DNA from: Eledone cirrhosa
Taxonomy: Eukaryota
NCBI GenBank assembly: GCA_964016885.1
Contig: OZ024742.1
Location: forward strand, 207,018,001 to 207,082,000
Direction: 5' to 3'
DNA length: 64,000 bases
Below the pieces are notes generated by a model. That model saw only the letters and a list, made by a program, of their open reading frames with translations, was not told where the DNA came from and searched no databases. Each line of letters begins with the position of its first letter. Position 1 is the stretch's first letter. Positions 1-13,500 of this stretch are shown here, one piece after another. Position numbers and translations under genes: made by a program.

Positions 1-738
1 TATATACTCATACACATGATGTACTTGTTCATAGATAAATACATACATATACATACACATAGATATGTGCACATGTACATACCTGCATACACATATATAC
101 ATGCACACATAGAGGCATATAAATATGAAAACTATGTAAGGTGTGGTTATCTACTTTCTGTATTATTATTCCCCAAATATAAACAGCTAATTGTGTTTAT
201 TGCCGTTGGTCAAAACTGAGAATGAAATGGTGAGAAAAAATCAAATTACAAATAGTATTGTATTAGATTAGCATCATTATCAAGATATTTGAATTGCAAT
301 AGAAATTTCCAATCCAAATATCCTCCTTAATTTTCTAATTTAAATTTCAGTAGGCAGGAAAGGCTGTGGCTCATGAAACTCTCTTGCCATTGGTCAATAG
401 TATTTCCATTTTAGAATTACCTCGGTTGATTGATTTAAAGTTAATGTTGACTTGTATTAATCTTTAAGACAATAAATAAATAAATGAATAAAATAGTAAT
501 AATAAAAAAACAATTGAAAGAGAAACCCCCCAAAAAGAGAAAAGAAAAGTAAGAGTTAGTGATAGAACCTCATATTTTGGCATCTGTTTATAAAAGGGGT
601 TATGAAATCAAAATGTCCACTGAAATATGTCGTAATTACTGTTCTGTAAAACAGCTTCTAAAAATAATACAAAAAGAGAAATTGAATTGAAATATTTTTT
701 ATTTAATAAAAAAAATGGAAATCATAATACACACACAG

Positions 739-783
<45 letters not shown>

Positions 784-787
<4 letters not shown>

Positions 788-1390
788 TAAGAGAGGTGTA
801 TATGAAGACACAAGCATATATAGTACGTTTATATTCAATAAACATAGGTAACCTCACTGCTGATGAAAAATCTTATTTTGTAATGTAACAACAACAAAAT
901 AAAAAAAAATATTTTCTCTATTTTCCAGTATTTTCTGAGAATATCAGACATTGCTGTTTCAAGATTTGTTAAGCTTTCATCAGTGACACTCTCTCAGAAC
1001 AAACTGGCATGGAATAAACTATAGCCTATATAGAGTTTTGCTTCATGATCACTTGCTGGAGATGCTCATTTGCATATAACAAATAGACAACATCAGTTGG
1101 AAGTGGTCATTTGCATATATCTAATATGGCAGTAGCACTAAGATAGAGTTTAAACATATGATATATAGAAACATATATGATAGGTTCATATACTTCTTGA
1201 TCGTTTCTTTGACACTACTCTCATCATTACTATACGCCAACCGCACTCTGCCCAGGATAACTCTACCTCTTCCAGCTCTCTTGTCACCCTGTCAAACTCC
1301 ACTGCATATGACTTACTTTCTCACCACTCCCCAACATCAAACTTTCTACACTCCCTCGCCTCTATTGCTTGAATCCCACCCTCACACATG
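784..1390 (-). mobile_element. Penelope-like element (PLE) 3'-terminal remnant
   Basis: Abuts (TA)n at 743-783 and contains a canonical hammerhead on the minus strand. This matches the layout of the ORF-bearing PLEs in the window. No ORF is left. Confidence 0.45.
933..999 (-). ncRNA. Type I hammerhead ribozyme
   Basis: Minus strand reads TTCTGAGA-GA-GTGTCA CTGATGA AAG..CTT GAAA CA-GCAA-TG TC TGATAT-TCTCAGAA. It has an intact CUGAUGA/GAAA core, a GUC triplet, ~14-bp stem I with G-U wobbles, and stem III capped by a GNRA loop. Confidence 0.8.
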
Positions 1391-2036
1391 ATAGAGTAGA
1401 AAGGGCTCTTCAACCAGGTCTGTTAACTCTATAAAGTGGTTGGTGTTGGGACATAGAAGCCATGCTAAAAGGATTTGTGAGAACTTTCCACTTAGAATAT
1501 AACAACCTTTCTAGTGCTGATGCCAAGAAAATGACACTTTGTAAAGTGATTGGTGATAGGAAAGTTTATCTTGCAGTAGAAACCATGCCAAAAAGAGGAC
1601 TAGGATGACTTTGGTTGTGTCAAGGATACAACACCTCTCTAGTGCTGGTGATCAGCATGATAAAAACATCCAGTACACAATATTGTTTTTCATATTTTAG
1701 CATCTAGCCATAAATACGTGAGTGCTGATGAAGAATAATGACTGTAAAATAGATGCATCTACTTCTCTTACTCTGATGCTAAGGTGGCTGTCTCATCACC
1801 ACAGCTTGAAATATATGCAGCTAGACTAATTGTATGTTCAATGTTATTGTATAGGCATTCATATATGACTTTATATTATGTATAATTACATCAAAGCTGA
1901 AATGTTTCACAAATTGTTACTCTGAGTTTCATGCTGATGAAATATGGACAAGATGTGAATCTAATTGGAACCAAGCAGAGCTATTTATGGGGTTGATCAA
2001 GAGAAACAAGCAAACAAACAAAAAAATCCATCGTAC

Positions 2037-2118
2037 CCTGATTGGATGATGAATGCCAACGGCTTCAAGATCAATGAATACTGTGGAATAATTGAATGAT
2101 CGTTGAGTAAAATTAAGA
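2037..2118 (-). CDS. Candidate host-gene exon (LNFTQRSFNYSTVFIDLEAVGIHHPIR), product unknown
   Basis: T-rich tract plus TTATAG acceptor, open frame, CAGG|GTACGA donor, two N-x-S/T sequons. Confidence 0.4.
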
Positions 2119-2224
2119 CTATAATCGATAAATATATAAAAAAATAAAATATTTGAAAAATATGTTATTTTCATACTCACATAGAAAAAGGAGATTCACA
2201 ATATTCAAAACATATACACACGCA

Positions 2225-2269
<45 letters not shown>

Positions 2270-2270
<1 letters not shown>

Positions 2271-2632
2271 TTTCTTCTTCTTTTTCTTCTTCTTCTACTT
2301 TTTCCTCCTTTTCCTGAGAGGATCGTGGTGGAAGAGGTCTGCAAATGCTCCTTCCAACAGGTCCTGTCATAAGCAACCATTTCCAACCGAACCAGCTGGA
2401 TCCCCAAACTCATGGATGTTATCCAATCACCTTGCTCAGGGTCTACCCCTGGGTCTCTAGCTAGTTGGTTTTGCCTGCAAAATCTGTCCAATGATTCTTT
2501 CCTATGTCATACCCATAGCTGTAATCTTTCAATTCAGAGAAGCAGCAGCTCTTCCTGGAGTGACTCACTGATCTATGCACTCTATCGAATAATATTACTC
2601 CAAAGACCCTTAAAATAAACTCAATGTCACCA
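2270..2632 (-). mobile_element. RTE-clade LINE 3' end with (GAA)n tail
   Basis: Decayed RTE C-terminal motifs (IEFILRVFGV.LFDRVHRS, LLL.IERLQLW, RPRGRP, DRTCWK) followed by a GAA-rich tail. Confidence 0.75.
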
Positions 2633-4066
2633 CATGGTGTGACAGCGGATGGCATGAGGACGCCTTGGTTCAATTAAAGTGTCAAAGCTGCAATCTGAGT
2701 AAAGAAGGAGGCTTACAAAACCTGGCTTGGAAATAAGTACTGCTTCTTGCACTTAAGGTACAAGCAGGCATGAAGAATCACAGCAAAGACAGTAAAGGCA
2801 TCCAAAGTTAACACATGGGATGACTTTGTGATCAAGCTGGATTCTGATTTCAGATCAGCAAATAAAATGCTCTGGCAGACCAACTGCTAAATTCGTATTA
2901 AGAAGTCCTCCTCCACACCTTTTATCCTCACTTCAGAGAGGTGCATTCTCGTGAAGTTGAGAGAATACTTGGCTGATCTCCTAAACCCGATCATAACAGC
3001 ATCTTCTGATGTACACGAGATGCATCTAGGTGCAATGACTAATCTCTCATAGGCTGAAGTCACAAAAGCAATTAAATGTGGCAAGGCAGCTGGGGAGTTG
3101 TTAAAAGCCTTCAATGGCAAAGGTATTCTCTGGCTGACTTGTGTGTGCTAGGTGGCCTGGATCTCTGCAAAGGCACCTAAGCAATTTCAATCAGGGTTGA
3201 TAGTCCCAATTTTCAAAAAGAGAGACGAGAAATTTCTCCAATTATAGAGGGAGTTCCTTCTTAAGCCTCCCTGGTAAAGTCTATGCTAAGTGTCTGGCAA
3301 AGAGATGTAGGAAGAATGTCAACTGTGTGGTTTTTACTCTAGACACAGCTCAGATGACCAAATATTCACACTGCAGCAGGTCTTTGGAGAAATCATGGAA
3401 GTATTGCCAAGAGGTATATTCTTGTTTTATAGAACTCGAAAAGGCATATGATTGTGTTCCACGGGACCTGCTCTGGGAGGTTCTGCAGGAGTATGGGATT
3501 GATATTCAGCTTGTTGTTGCCTTGATGTCTCTGTATGGATGCCTAAGTATTTGTGTTCAGATAAATGGTGCTAAATCGAAACCATTCAATGTGGGTGTCA
3601 GACTCTACCAAGGGTGCATATTGTCTCCTCTCCTGTTCAGTCTTTTCACGAACAGGATTGATTTGTGCAGCCAGGCTGGAAGTAGAAGTAGTATCATGAC
3701 TGGAAGATGTGGAATCAGTTGGCTGGAGTTTTCATACGACATGGTATTACTTAACTCGACAGAAGGTGTTCTCCAGCTTGTGCTTGTTAGATTTGATACT
3801 GACTGTTGCATGGCTGGAATTAAAATCAGTGCTGTGAAAACTGAGACTCATCCTTTCAAGTACGTCTGTACAGTGCACTCTACATGTAAATGGAGTTCCA
3901 CTGATGCAGTGTTCACGAGTGATGGAAGGCAGGAGACTGAATTAAGTACAAGAATTGCAGGAGGTGGTGCAGTATTGTGCAAGCTTCAACATTCGGTATT
4001 CAGAAGAAGAGAGATAGGTGTAAAAGCCAAACTCGCTATCTTCAATTCAGTATTCATGCGAACCTT

Positions 4067-4073
<7 letters not shown>
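2633..4073 (+). mobile_element. RTE-clade LINE ORF fragment (decayed RT)
   Basis: RTPWFN..VKAAI..KKEAYKTWL, CFIELEKAYDCVPR, GVRLYQGCILSPLLF, FSYDM (YADD-like); contains stops and frameshifts. Confidence 0.85.
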
Positions 4074-4159
<86 letters not shown>

Positions 4160-4839
4160 TATATATAAACAATTTCACTTAACTCAGCACTACCAGTGGT
4201 TTAAAGACAAAAACACATAAAATCATCAGGTGCATCTAATAAAAGTAAAACAAGATGGAGAATGTAGTTTATGGCCATGCTGCTAAGGACCTTTATTGGT
4301 TGGTTCAGGTCATGTAATAGTGCTGGCAAATAAGTGACAGAATGCAGAAGATTACATCTGTAAGTAGAACCCAGCAATTTTGGGTGTGTGATATGTCTGG
4401 TAGTTCTTGTTCTGTGTATCTGGTGTTCAATAATGTATGTGTTAACCTTTGATGTGTGTAGTGTTGATGCCATCTAATATGTGATTACTAATTTTCGTCT
4501 ATTTCACTCTTAGAGGGGTCAATCTGCCTGCATTTCAAATGTAAGAAAAAATTTGGTTTGTGGTCCTTAAGGGTGACAAAAGAGAGTGGTGAGAGTTAAG
4601 GCAAATCAACACTGTTAATATAAATACTCAACTTCCACTATTTTTTCATTGCTCTTTTCTCTTGTTTGTATACATATCTAATTATTTACAGAGACAGACA
4701 GCCATATAAAGAAATAAGTAGTCAGTGATAGACAGACAATGAAAATATTTTTGTATATGCTCTCATGCTATACAATAACTATGAACTAAAAATATTAATT
4801 ATGTTCTAAATAATTGCTTTAGATATAAAAAATTCAAAC

Positions 4840-4920
4840 ATATATTGCAAGATAGGCAATGTGATCAAAGGCAAAGTAGATGAAACCCAGAATATAAAAG
4901 GCTTCAGATATTTTCTTGAA
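4840..4920 (-). CDS. Candidate host-gene exon (SRKYLKPFIFWVSSTLPLITLPILQY)
   Basis: 81 nt, AG...GTTTGA boundaries, ends in phase 2 and joins the 2037-2118 exon in frame. The acceptor pyrimidine tract is weak. Confidence 0.3.
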
Positions 4921-5230
4921 CTTAAATTTTATGACTTTACTATTACAACGAAATGACTCACAGAAGTTAAATAATCTTTTGTTATTTTTGCTATCATTTA
5001 GCCCCAGGTCAACCGTAATCATATAGACATATGATCAGAGGAATATTAGCTGTGACCCACTGACGTTTTAATGGCATTTGTAGTTTTCCTTCGTTTCTGG
5101 GAGATTTTGCTATTGTTTCTACCATGGCTTTTCATCTCATTGTATTATATATGAGAGGAGGAAATTAATTTTTTTTCTTCTTTTTCTGATTTTAATTCCA
5201 ATAAGTCTATTAGAGAAACAAAGTAAATAA

Positions 5231-5410
5231 TCGTTTCTACTTTAGGCACAAGACCAGCAATTCGAAAGAGAGGGGAAAGTCGATTAAATCGATCCCAGTG
5301 CATTACTGGTGCATTATTTTATCGACTCCGGGATTTGAACCCAGAACGTAAAGGGCCGTAAGTCTATGCTGTGAAGCATAGTGTCCAATGCTCTACCGAT
5401 ACTGCCAACC
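5231..5410 (-). mobile_element. tRNA-derived SINE (family 1)
   Basis: A-box TGGCAGTATCGGTAGAG, B-box GGTTCAAATCCC, 3' end CCTAAAGTAGAAAC-ATT; homologous to the 42704 and 57118 copies. Confidence 0.8.
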
Positions 5411-5753
5411 ACCACCACCACCACCCTGAAGCAAAGTAAATAGTAAACACTGATAGTTGAATAGCCCCAGAACTGCAATTCAAGAAATTTAAATATATAT
5501 ACAGCCAAGAGGTCATCCAATCTTATGATCTTTTTTTGATTATGTGATTATAACATCAAGTAAATTTAAAGGGAAAAGAAGAGAATTGTTTTCCATTTGT
5601 TTTGTATTTGTTGTCATTTTTATGTATGTGTTTTTTAAGGCAACAACAGTTTTCATACATTTTAAGAATGTCTTGATGAACATGCAGACTGCTGTAATTA
5701 TGATGGCATTTTTTGTTGCCTCTATTTATTTTCTTTCATTTTTCTTTTATTTT

Positions 5754-5945
5754 ATGTATCTATGTATGTATGTATGTATGTATGTATGTATGTATGTATG
5801 TATGTATGTATGTATGTATGTATGCGTGTATGCATGTATGTATGTATGTATGTATGTATGTATGTATGTATGTATGTATGTATGTATGTATGTATGTATG
5901 TATGTGTGTATGTGTGTGAGTGTGTGCGTGCGTGTGTGTGTGTGT
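5754..5945. repeat. (TATG)n/(TG)n microsatellite
   Basis: Seen directly. A similar tract is at 46676-46825. (TA)n tracts at 743, 2228, 4073, 9467, 39808, 43946, 50060, 59700 and 61571; (CA)n at 7585; (GA)n at 9507 and 53396. Confidence 0.97.
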
Positions 5946-6169
5946 GGCATTTACTTTGAACCAAGTAATATAATTTGACATTGTAACCTAGAAGAAAATG
6001 AATATAATTTAATTCCTGTTATTTACGAAATAAAGTAAAGCAAAAAAAAAAACAGTGCAATATGATTGTAGAAAATTGTATGAATTATGTGAATGTAATA
6101 GAATATATATGTACGCATTACCTCATACATATGTATATGCACATAAATTTCTGCATATGCATATACATA

Positions 6170-6300
6170 TGGTGGTAAACTGGAAGAGTCATTAGAATCT
6201 TGAGTTAAATACCTCAGTATTTGTTCCAGTTCAATTCTCACCGATATCAACTTTGCCTTTTATCCATTTAGGGCTGATAAATTAAGCAGCAATCCAGTAG
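6170..6300 (+). mobile_element. Decayed SINE (family 1)
   Basis: GTTCAATTCTC B-box remnant followed by the AACTTTGCCTTTTATCC...GATAAATTAAG body motif. Confidence 0.55.
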
Positions 6301-6450
6301 CAGTGGATTATAGGAATTAATAAAAAGTCAAGCAGGATGCTTTGCAGTATCTAATTTGGCACTGTACATTCTGAGCTCAAATCTCACTTCTTTCTACTGA
6401 AAAATGTGACTGACAGATGGTATCAATAACGGAATAACCAATGGGAGCAT

Positions 6451-6540
6451 ACTATATATACTCAAATATAAGCCAACCACTATTTTATGTCTGAGAAATG
6501 GGCAAAAATCCAAACCTTGTTTATAAGCTGAATATTTTCT
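6451..6540 (+). mobile_element. Possible pogo/Tc2-type DNA transposon TIR fragment
   Basis: TACTATATATACTCAAATATAAGCC resembles TACCGTATATACTCGAGTATAAGCC-type TIRs. No partner TIR was found. Confidence 0.3.
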
Positions 6541-7582
6541 TAAATTAAAAGAATGTAATATCTGAATATCCAAAACATAACATTATAATAGAACAAGTTG
6601 ATCAAACATTTAAATGAGGGTATGAAATCTCAGCTAATACTTGATTGGAGCTCTTATGGCTGCAACAAGTGGCTGCATATACAGAGTAAGCAGCGAGTGA
6701 TACTCATATATGATGGAAGCCAGGGTGGTCCCATAGCAGCTTTCATTTCTGCCTGATTCCTGAGGCATGAGTCAACCATCTCCATTGGCTAAAGAAGCAC
6801 ACTATTTTGGCCTCATGAAACTGGCTAATGAAGGTATGGCCTGTTTTAAGATCTCTTGTATTGACTGTGGGCCACAAGAAACGGAGAGTGGTCCTGCACC
6901 TGCATATCGTATAGTACACAAAACTATCACTTACTACAGGAAATTGATACTGGTACTGCAGGATTAGAAATAAGGCTTGACAATGATGAGAAGTTGGCTT
7001 CAGTGATGGTGGTAATGATGACAGTGATGATGATGAGGATGAATACTGCTCTCTAGTATCAGGTGTCGAAAACATTCTTTTAACTTCAGAAAATAATAAG
7101 TAGGGTTTCTTTTTTTAAAAAAAAAGCAAATATTTTTGTTTAATTCTATTTCATTTTCAGTCCTGGGATGGTTTGTGATTTACTCACTGATTATTGGTAG
7201 TGCTGATCATACTTTACAGATCATACAGATCAGGAAGTTTTTACTTCAAAACCGTGTTGTTTAAAAAAAAAAAAAAAAAAAAATGCAAGAAGAATTCTGT
7301 GAGATAAAAAAGAAATAGAAAGAAATAGGAATATTTCAGTAGAAACGTTTTGTGAATATTGAATTACTTTTACTTTGGAACTGAAGTAACATATGTTAGG
7401 TTGAAGTTTCTACACTATTGGATTATATATACACTACATAATATATGTATATAATCATAGTGTGTCGTTCAAAGAAGACAATGGAATATGAAAAGTGGCA
7501 AGATGTAGCACTGCAGAGTATTCATCCAGCCTGTTAGAAAAATGGATGCAGAAATGATTATATAAATATACACTCATATATA

Positions 7583-7698
<116 letters not shown>

Positions 7699-7699
7699 G

Positions 7700-9300
7700 T
7701 TGAAAAAAGAAAACAAATGTCGAAGTTTAGTGCTTAATCAGTTCATTGTTTTACAACTGTTTCAGAAGGTTAGTTAGTCATGATAAATGAATATAGTGAC
7801 TAAACAATAGTAGTTATGTAACTCCGTAATATATATAGAGTCCCACATCATAACACAACCTGAGATCAGTTTGACAATCGCCACCAACGAATGTTCTCCA
7901 GGAAAGTTAACCAGGAATCTCCCCACGCAAGTTAACAAAGAACTTACTAGATCTACAAAAATTGTAAAATTATAATATTATAAAAGTATATTGTTTAGAA
8001 CTACAAGTGAAGTCATTCTTTTACCTTTTTCAAATAAACCTAACAGTACTAAGCATTTCACACATTTTAATATATATATATTAATAAAAACAATGAAATA
8101 AAAACAAAGAACAAGTTCCTTATATTAAAAAATTCATCATTTTTATCGTTTCTAGGATGTATATGTGTGTTGGTATGTATATCATATAGATCTATGTAAA
8201 AATATTACAAATTATCAGAGGAAATATACATACCTTCACATATACATGCTGTCTTCAGAAATGATGAGATTTGTTTATTAAAAAACAACAACAAAGATTT
8301 AATATAAAAGGTCTGTTTGGGAACAGGTTTTGAATTGATTAATAGAAAAGTAATTAGAGGTCAAGTTGATAGAATAGTGGTAGTAGAAATTTAATTTAGC
8401 GGTAGAGGAGTGCAGACTTATGTTTTGAATGAAAAGAATACTTTGAATGAAAAGAATACTTTGGGGATGAAAAGAGGTCAAGCCAGTGAAGGGTACACGA
8501 AAATTTGATGTTATTAAAGAATAATGTTAAAAACGAAGGAAAATAAAATTTTAGGGTAAGGGTATTAGTGAGAAATACCAATCTTATTTAAACCACAAGG
8601 AATCTAGATCTATAACAAGAAATTAAATTACTTGATAGGTATAGTTATAGGGATAAATTTATATTAATGTGATAAATAAGAATTAGATGTTATTAAAGAG
8701 TGTTGTTAAAAACGAAGGAAAGTAAAATTTTGGGATAAGGGTAGTAGTGAGAAATACCAATCATATATAAACTACAAGGAATCTAGATTCATAACGGGAA
8801 ATTGACGCTCTACTGATACTGATAAATATAGTTATTTAGATCATCTCTATTTATTTTATTATATATATTTCTAAGATGCAAGTTTTATGTATAACATAAT
8901 TAAATATAATTGTTGAAAAGATAAATTAGTTCACAGTAATTGCGTCTCTTCTTTTGAACTAAATAATTTATCTCATAGCATTATAACTATATCGGTTATA
9001 TAAAAAGGCCATACCAATTGTTCAATATCTTTCCACTCATATAATACCAATTTATCTTGTACATAAACATAGATAATTTACGTTTGAATTTTGTAAATCT
9101 AATTATTATTCTTTATTATTTAGTTACAATATGATTCTTGCATCCTGGAAATTTTTTTGTTTGGTATAACATATACATATTTTTAGTATAGTATCTATTT
9201 TAAGCTAATATAAGTAACATATAAACTGTCTAAGGGTCTATATATTTTTGTTCTACCAATCTAATTACATCATATTTTAAATTTCAAAAAAGGTTAAGTT
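7700..9300 (-). mobile_element. Highly decayed Penelope-like remnant
   Basis: Abuts (TA)n at 7681-7698, has a hammerhead 3'-half motif GAAAC-AGTT-GTA (~7751-7763, minus), and faint GIY-YIG-like residues near 9100-9250. Confidence 0.3.
8507..8803. repeat. Diverged ~120-bp direct repeat (period ~180)
   Basis: GATGTTATTAAAGA...GTGAGAAATACCAATC...CAAGGAATCTAGAT at ~8507-8626 and ~8687-8803. Confidence 0.85.
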
Positions 9301-9465
9301 CAACTGTATTTTTCTCCCGCTCATGTGACATCTCCTGTGTCGGGTTTTTTTCTAATCATATGGTTGGCTGTCACTGATCTGTCCAGCTCGCTTGACTGCC
9401 AGTATATTAAAAGAAACGTGCATCTCCTATGCATGTTGTCTGACGAGAACATGATTTGAATTATG

Positions 9466-9559
<94 letters not shown>

Positions 9560-10261
9560 GTGGGAAGAATTATATGGAGCCCCACACATCATTGTGACAT
9601 TCCCGTCAACATGTGGGGGGGGGGTCCTTAAATTTCTATTCTTATTTTCTTTTTTTTAGGTAAGTACTAGTATGGAACTAAGTTGAAGAATTTTGTAAAT
9701 GCACCTGTTTGCATACTGGTTCCTTGCCAAAATGAAATAAAAAAAAAAAAATGACAAAACAACACCTCTCAACCCAAAAAATCCCTACATCCCTAGTGAA
9801 CATTTGTTAGTATTCAGGGATCCCATACCAATAGTTTTCTCTCTCAAATGCATCAGTGGAATGTGGAGCAGATGGTGATACTGGAAGGCAAGTAATAGGA
9901 TGATCTTCTCATTCATTTGGTGTGTTACTGATAACTATCAGTGACAGACTGAACATTTATTTCTTCTATGTTGTTTGTTTCTTCTTCTAAAATCTCCTCC
10001 TTCTCCGAAATCCTACATAATACTTTCTTTTTGATGATAAGACTGGGAGAGTTTTAAATCAACTTGTCTCCCACTACTTACCCTGGTAATATTAGAAAAC
10101 AGAGAAGCTAGGGATTTAGGAAACAATAAACATCTAAAATTAGCCTGATTTATTATGGTTTCATTTTCACTCCCCATTCACCTAAGGTTTCCTGCCTAAA
10201 CAAGTTAAATGTTCAAATAAATCTGGCATCAGATTAACAGCAAAAAAAAACGGCAACAACA

Positions 10262-10456
10262 ACAATTATTTCTATCTAGGCACAAGGTCAGAAATTTGAA
10301 GTGAGCAAAAAATCGACTATATCGACACCAATAGTTAACTGGTATTTAGTTTATCAACCCAAAAAGAGGTGATTTGATCTCGGAATGTAGAAAGATGTCA
10401 CTTAATAGAATAAAGCATTTAGCCTCGTGCTCTACTAATTCAGCTATCCACTCTTC
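10262..10456 (-). mobile_element. Decayed SINE (family 1), left flank of the LINE array
   Basis: TTTCTA..TAGGCACAAGG..AGAAATTTG 3' motif and CTGGTA..TTTATC body shared with the other copies. Confidence 0.65.
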
Positions 10457-10507
10457 AATACTACTACTATTACTACTACGAATAATAATAATAAAAATAA
10501 TAATAAT

Positions 10508-13500
10508 GATTTCTTTATTGGCCACGAGGACTAACACGAAGAAAAACATTAGAGACGGCACAGAACAGTACAGGATGATACAAAGTGGATTTTGGTCGTG
10601 TAAACAGGTTATAACAAAATCGGGCTAGAAATCAAAAAGGGGGAAACCTCCGAGGGTCACTCATGGCGAAAACCACACACAAGAGCACGGCCACCCTGTC
10701 CACCAGGGCAAGCGCCCTCTCTCAGTTTTCCCACTACCCAGTCTACAGGCGCATACTCAGAGCGGGCCCGTTCACTCGGACCAGACTCGCCACTTTCATC
10801 CACCTTTCAACAAGCTTACTAGAAGTCAGGACTTGCCTCTTCACCCTGATTTTCCTCTTCAAGTGAAACTTGAAAAAGTTAATCAGAGATTGGCCGGAGA
10901 GGAAAGTGTCCATCTTCAACCCTTTCATAATTGTCCACCACACAATGTCTTTCACCATTACCACCAGGCAGATGAAAACTGCCTGCCCTTTCTCCTCTTT
11001 AAAGGAGGATGGCAGGGCTGTCTGCACAATGGACTCAGTCGATAACCGGATTCGTCCTACACGCGACAGCAACTGTTCGACATAGCTTCACAAGTCAGCA
11101 ATCCTCTGGCACTGAACGAGTGCATATAGGACGGTTTCGTCGCCCTGCGCATATCTCGGACAGGCTCGGCTAATAGCACCTCCGTGCCTGTAGAGCTTAT
11201 CCCGAACTGGCAACGCTCCCCGGTAGCACTGCCACACCAGGCATTTCTGGAAGTTGTCCATAGGCCCCGGGCTGAAAGTTCTCTTGGAGAGAGCGAACAG
11301 CTGATCGTCTTTGGCACCCAGGGTCTCTACGAGAACGTCGTCGCCCTTCCCCTCCACTACCCCTCTATAGAACACCGAGGTGGATGTTCCACCGATATCA
11401 GTGCCCAGCTGGTAAAGGATGGTGAGCGCTTGGAGACATTCCAGCTTCCAAGCGTTATCCCTCAGACTTTTCCGGATCCGGGATTGTAGCTCTGTCAGGG
11501 AAACGAGCTGGGGAAAAGCGCGTCTGGCAAACGGTCACAACACCGGTTCACCGTCAAGGAAGCACCAGAGATGTCGCAGCCTCAGCGCATGTTTGTGCAT
11601 CATCGGCACAGAATGCCCAGTCCTCCACGCAACGGTGCTGACAGCAGATGGATCGTCTGACCATGGGAGCACGTGCCTTCCACAAAAAGCAGAAGAGAAG
11701 GCGCTCCATTTTGGTGAGAGTTGGATGGGGGCAAGGTTCGACGGTCAGGCGGTAGCAGATGACAGACGCGATGTACGCATTCGCGACCTCCGCCCTACCT
11801 TTCAGAGACAGGATCCTCTCAGCCCATTTCTGGGTGAGAGAAGCCACCCTATTCGTCACCTTGTTCCAGTTTTTCTCCATCTGGAGGTCTGGATCAAATC
11901 AGACCCCGAGCAATTTAACCGGTCCTTCCGTCTAGCGCCCCACGACGCTGTCGGATGGCATAGACTTGCCTCTCCAGGTGCCGAATTACAAGCCCACTGA
12001 CCTTTCTTGGTTTATCTTTGATCCTGTCACTGCTTCGTATTCCTTGAGAGTGGTGCCTAGCATTTGGACGCGTTTGGTGGTCGACACAACAACGGTGACG
12101 TTGTCGGCGTAAGCCGACACGGTACTCCCGCATCCCAGTTCGCGAGGGACCCTCCTCATTGTCTCCAATGTTTGCAGTAATGGCTCGAGGGCCAGTACGT
12201 ACAAGAGGGACGAGAGGGGACAACCCTGGCGGACCGAGCGCATGATGCTGAACGGCTGCGACAGGTGACCATTCACACTCACAATCGAGCAGATGTCGCT
12301 GTGCATTGCAGCGATCCAGCCCCTAAAAACGGGCCCAAAGCCGGCCGCCTCGAGGACCGCAGCCAGGAACCGATGGTTGACTCTATCAAATGCATTAGAT
12401 TGATCCAAGTTGATCAGAGTCCCATCTGTGCCAGGTTCCTTAACCACCCTCTCTCTGATGGAGGTTGTCGTGGATGGATCTGTCCGGAATGAGGCATGTC
12501 TGCGCCTCTCCCACCAGATCACCGATGACAAGCACCAATCTCTTTGCTAATACCTTGCCAAAATTTTGAACTCTGCGTTTAGCACAGTTATGGGCCTGAA
12601 GTTGTCTATAATGTCCCCCTGTTCGGGTCTTTTCTCAACAGCGCCACCGCACTTCGGCTCACAAAACTGGGAATGCTCCCGTTCTTCTGCCAGTTGCAGT
12701 AGAGGTCTGCCAAGAAGATTAGCATGTATGCATAAAGTTCGCAGGGCAGACGATCCAAACCTCGCGATTTGCCCCTCATGCAGTCAGACATCGATCGCTT
12801 CCCGTATTTCACCTGCTGTTATCGTTTTTGCAGCATGACGCTGCAGTCATCAGGAGCCACCGTCGAGAGCCCCGGCTTTCTGTCGAGGTATGCCCCGAAG
12901 TCCATACTCCGATCTGGCTCGCCGCCACTCCCGAACAATTGACAAATTACTGTTGAAAACCCGCACACATCTGCTCGGGTTCGAGCAAAATGTGCTTGTT
13001 TTGATCAGGAAAAGACCGAATTGTGGATCTGTTGCCACGTCGCGCCCCCACCACCTTGATGGTGCTGTTGCTGTTGCTACTGCTACAAACGGTGTTGTCG
13101 ATGTTCTTGATGTTATCACCGTTGCAGTCGTTGTATATTTGGTGCCGCCGTTGTTGTTCTTGGTGGAGGTTGTATTGTTGCTGTTGGTGTTGTCGCTATT
13201 TATTTTCTTGTTAGTGGTGTTAATATCGTTGTTTGTGGTGGTGTTTGTTGTATCAATTTCTGTGTTCGCCGTAACCCTCCTCTCAATGTTTACGCCCTTG
13301 TCACGTGACAGCAGACATATCACGGCGGGGGATTAGGAGGGGGGCTCAGACATGTTTTTAAAAATAATTTTTGAATGTAAAAAGTTCAAATATTTGGGCC
13401 AAAAGGCCCAAATACTATACTTTCCCCTTTACAGGGCAAAGTCCAAGGGCTTATGTCCCTTACACGACAACAAATATTTACAATAAATGATTTATGACAA

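Noticed and set aside
858-880. Plus-strand CTGATGA as a second hammerhead (also 47042)
   Set aside because: No matching GAAA-stem III-NUH half downstream.
5544-5981. ORFs rich in YI, MYVC, HTYI, ER or SL repeats here and throughout the window
   Set aside because: They are translations of microsatellites, not genes.
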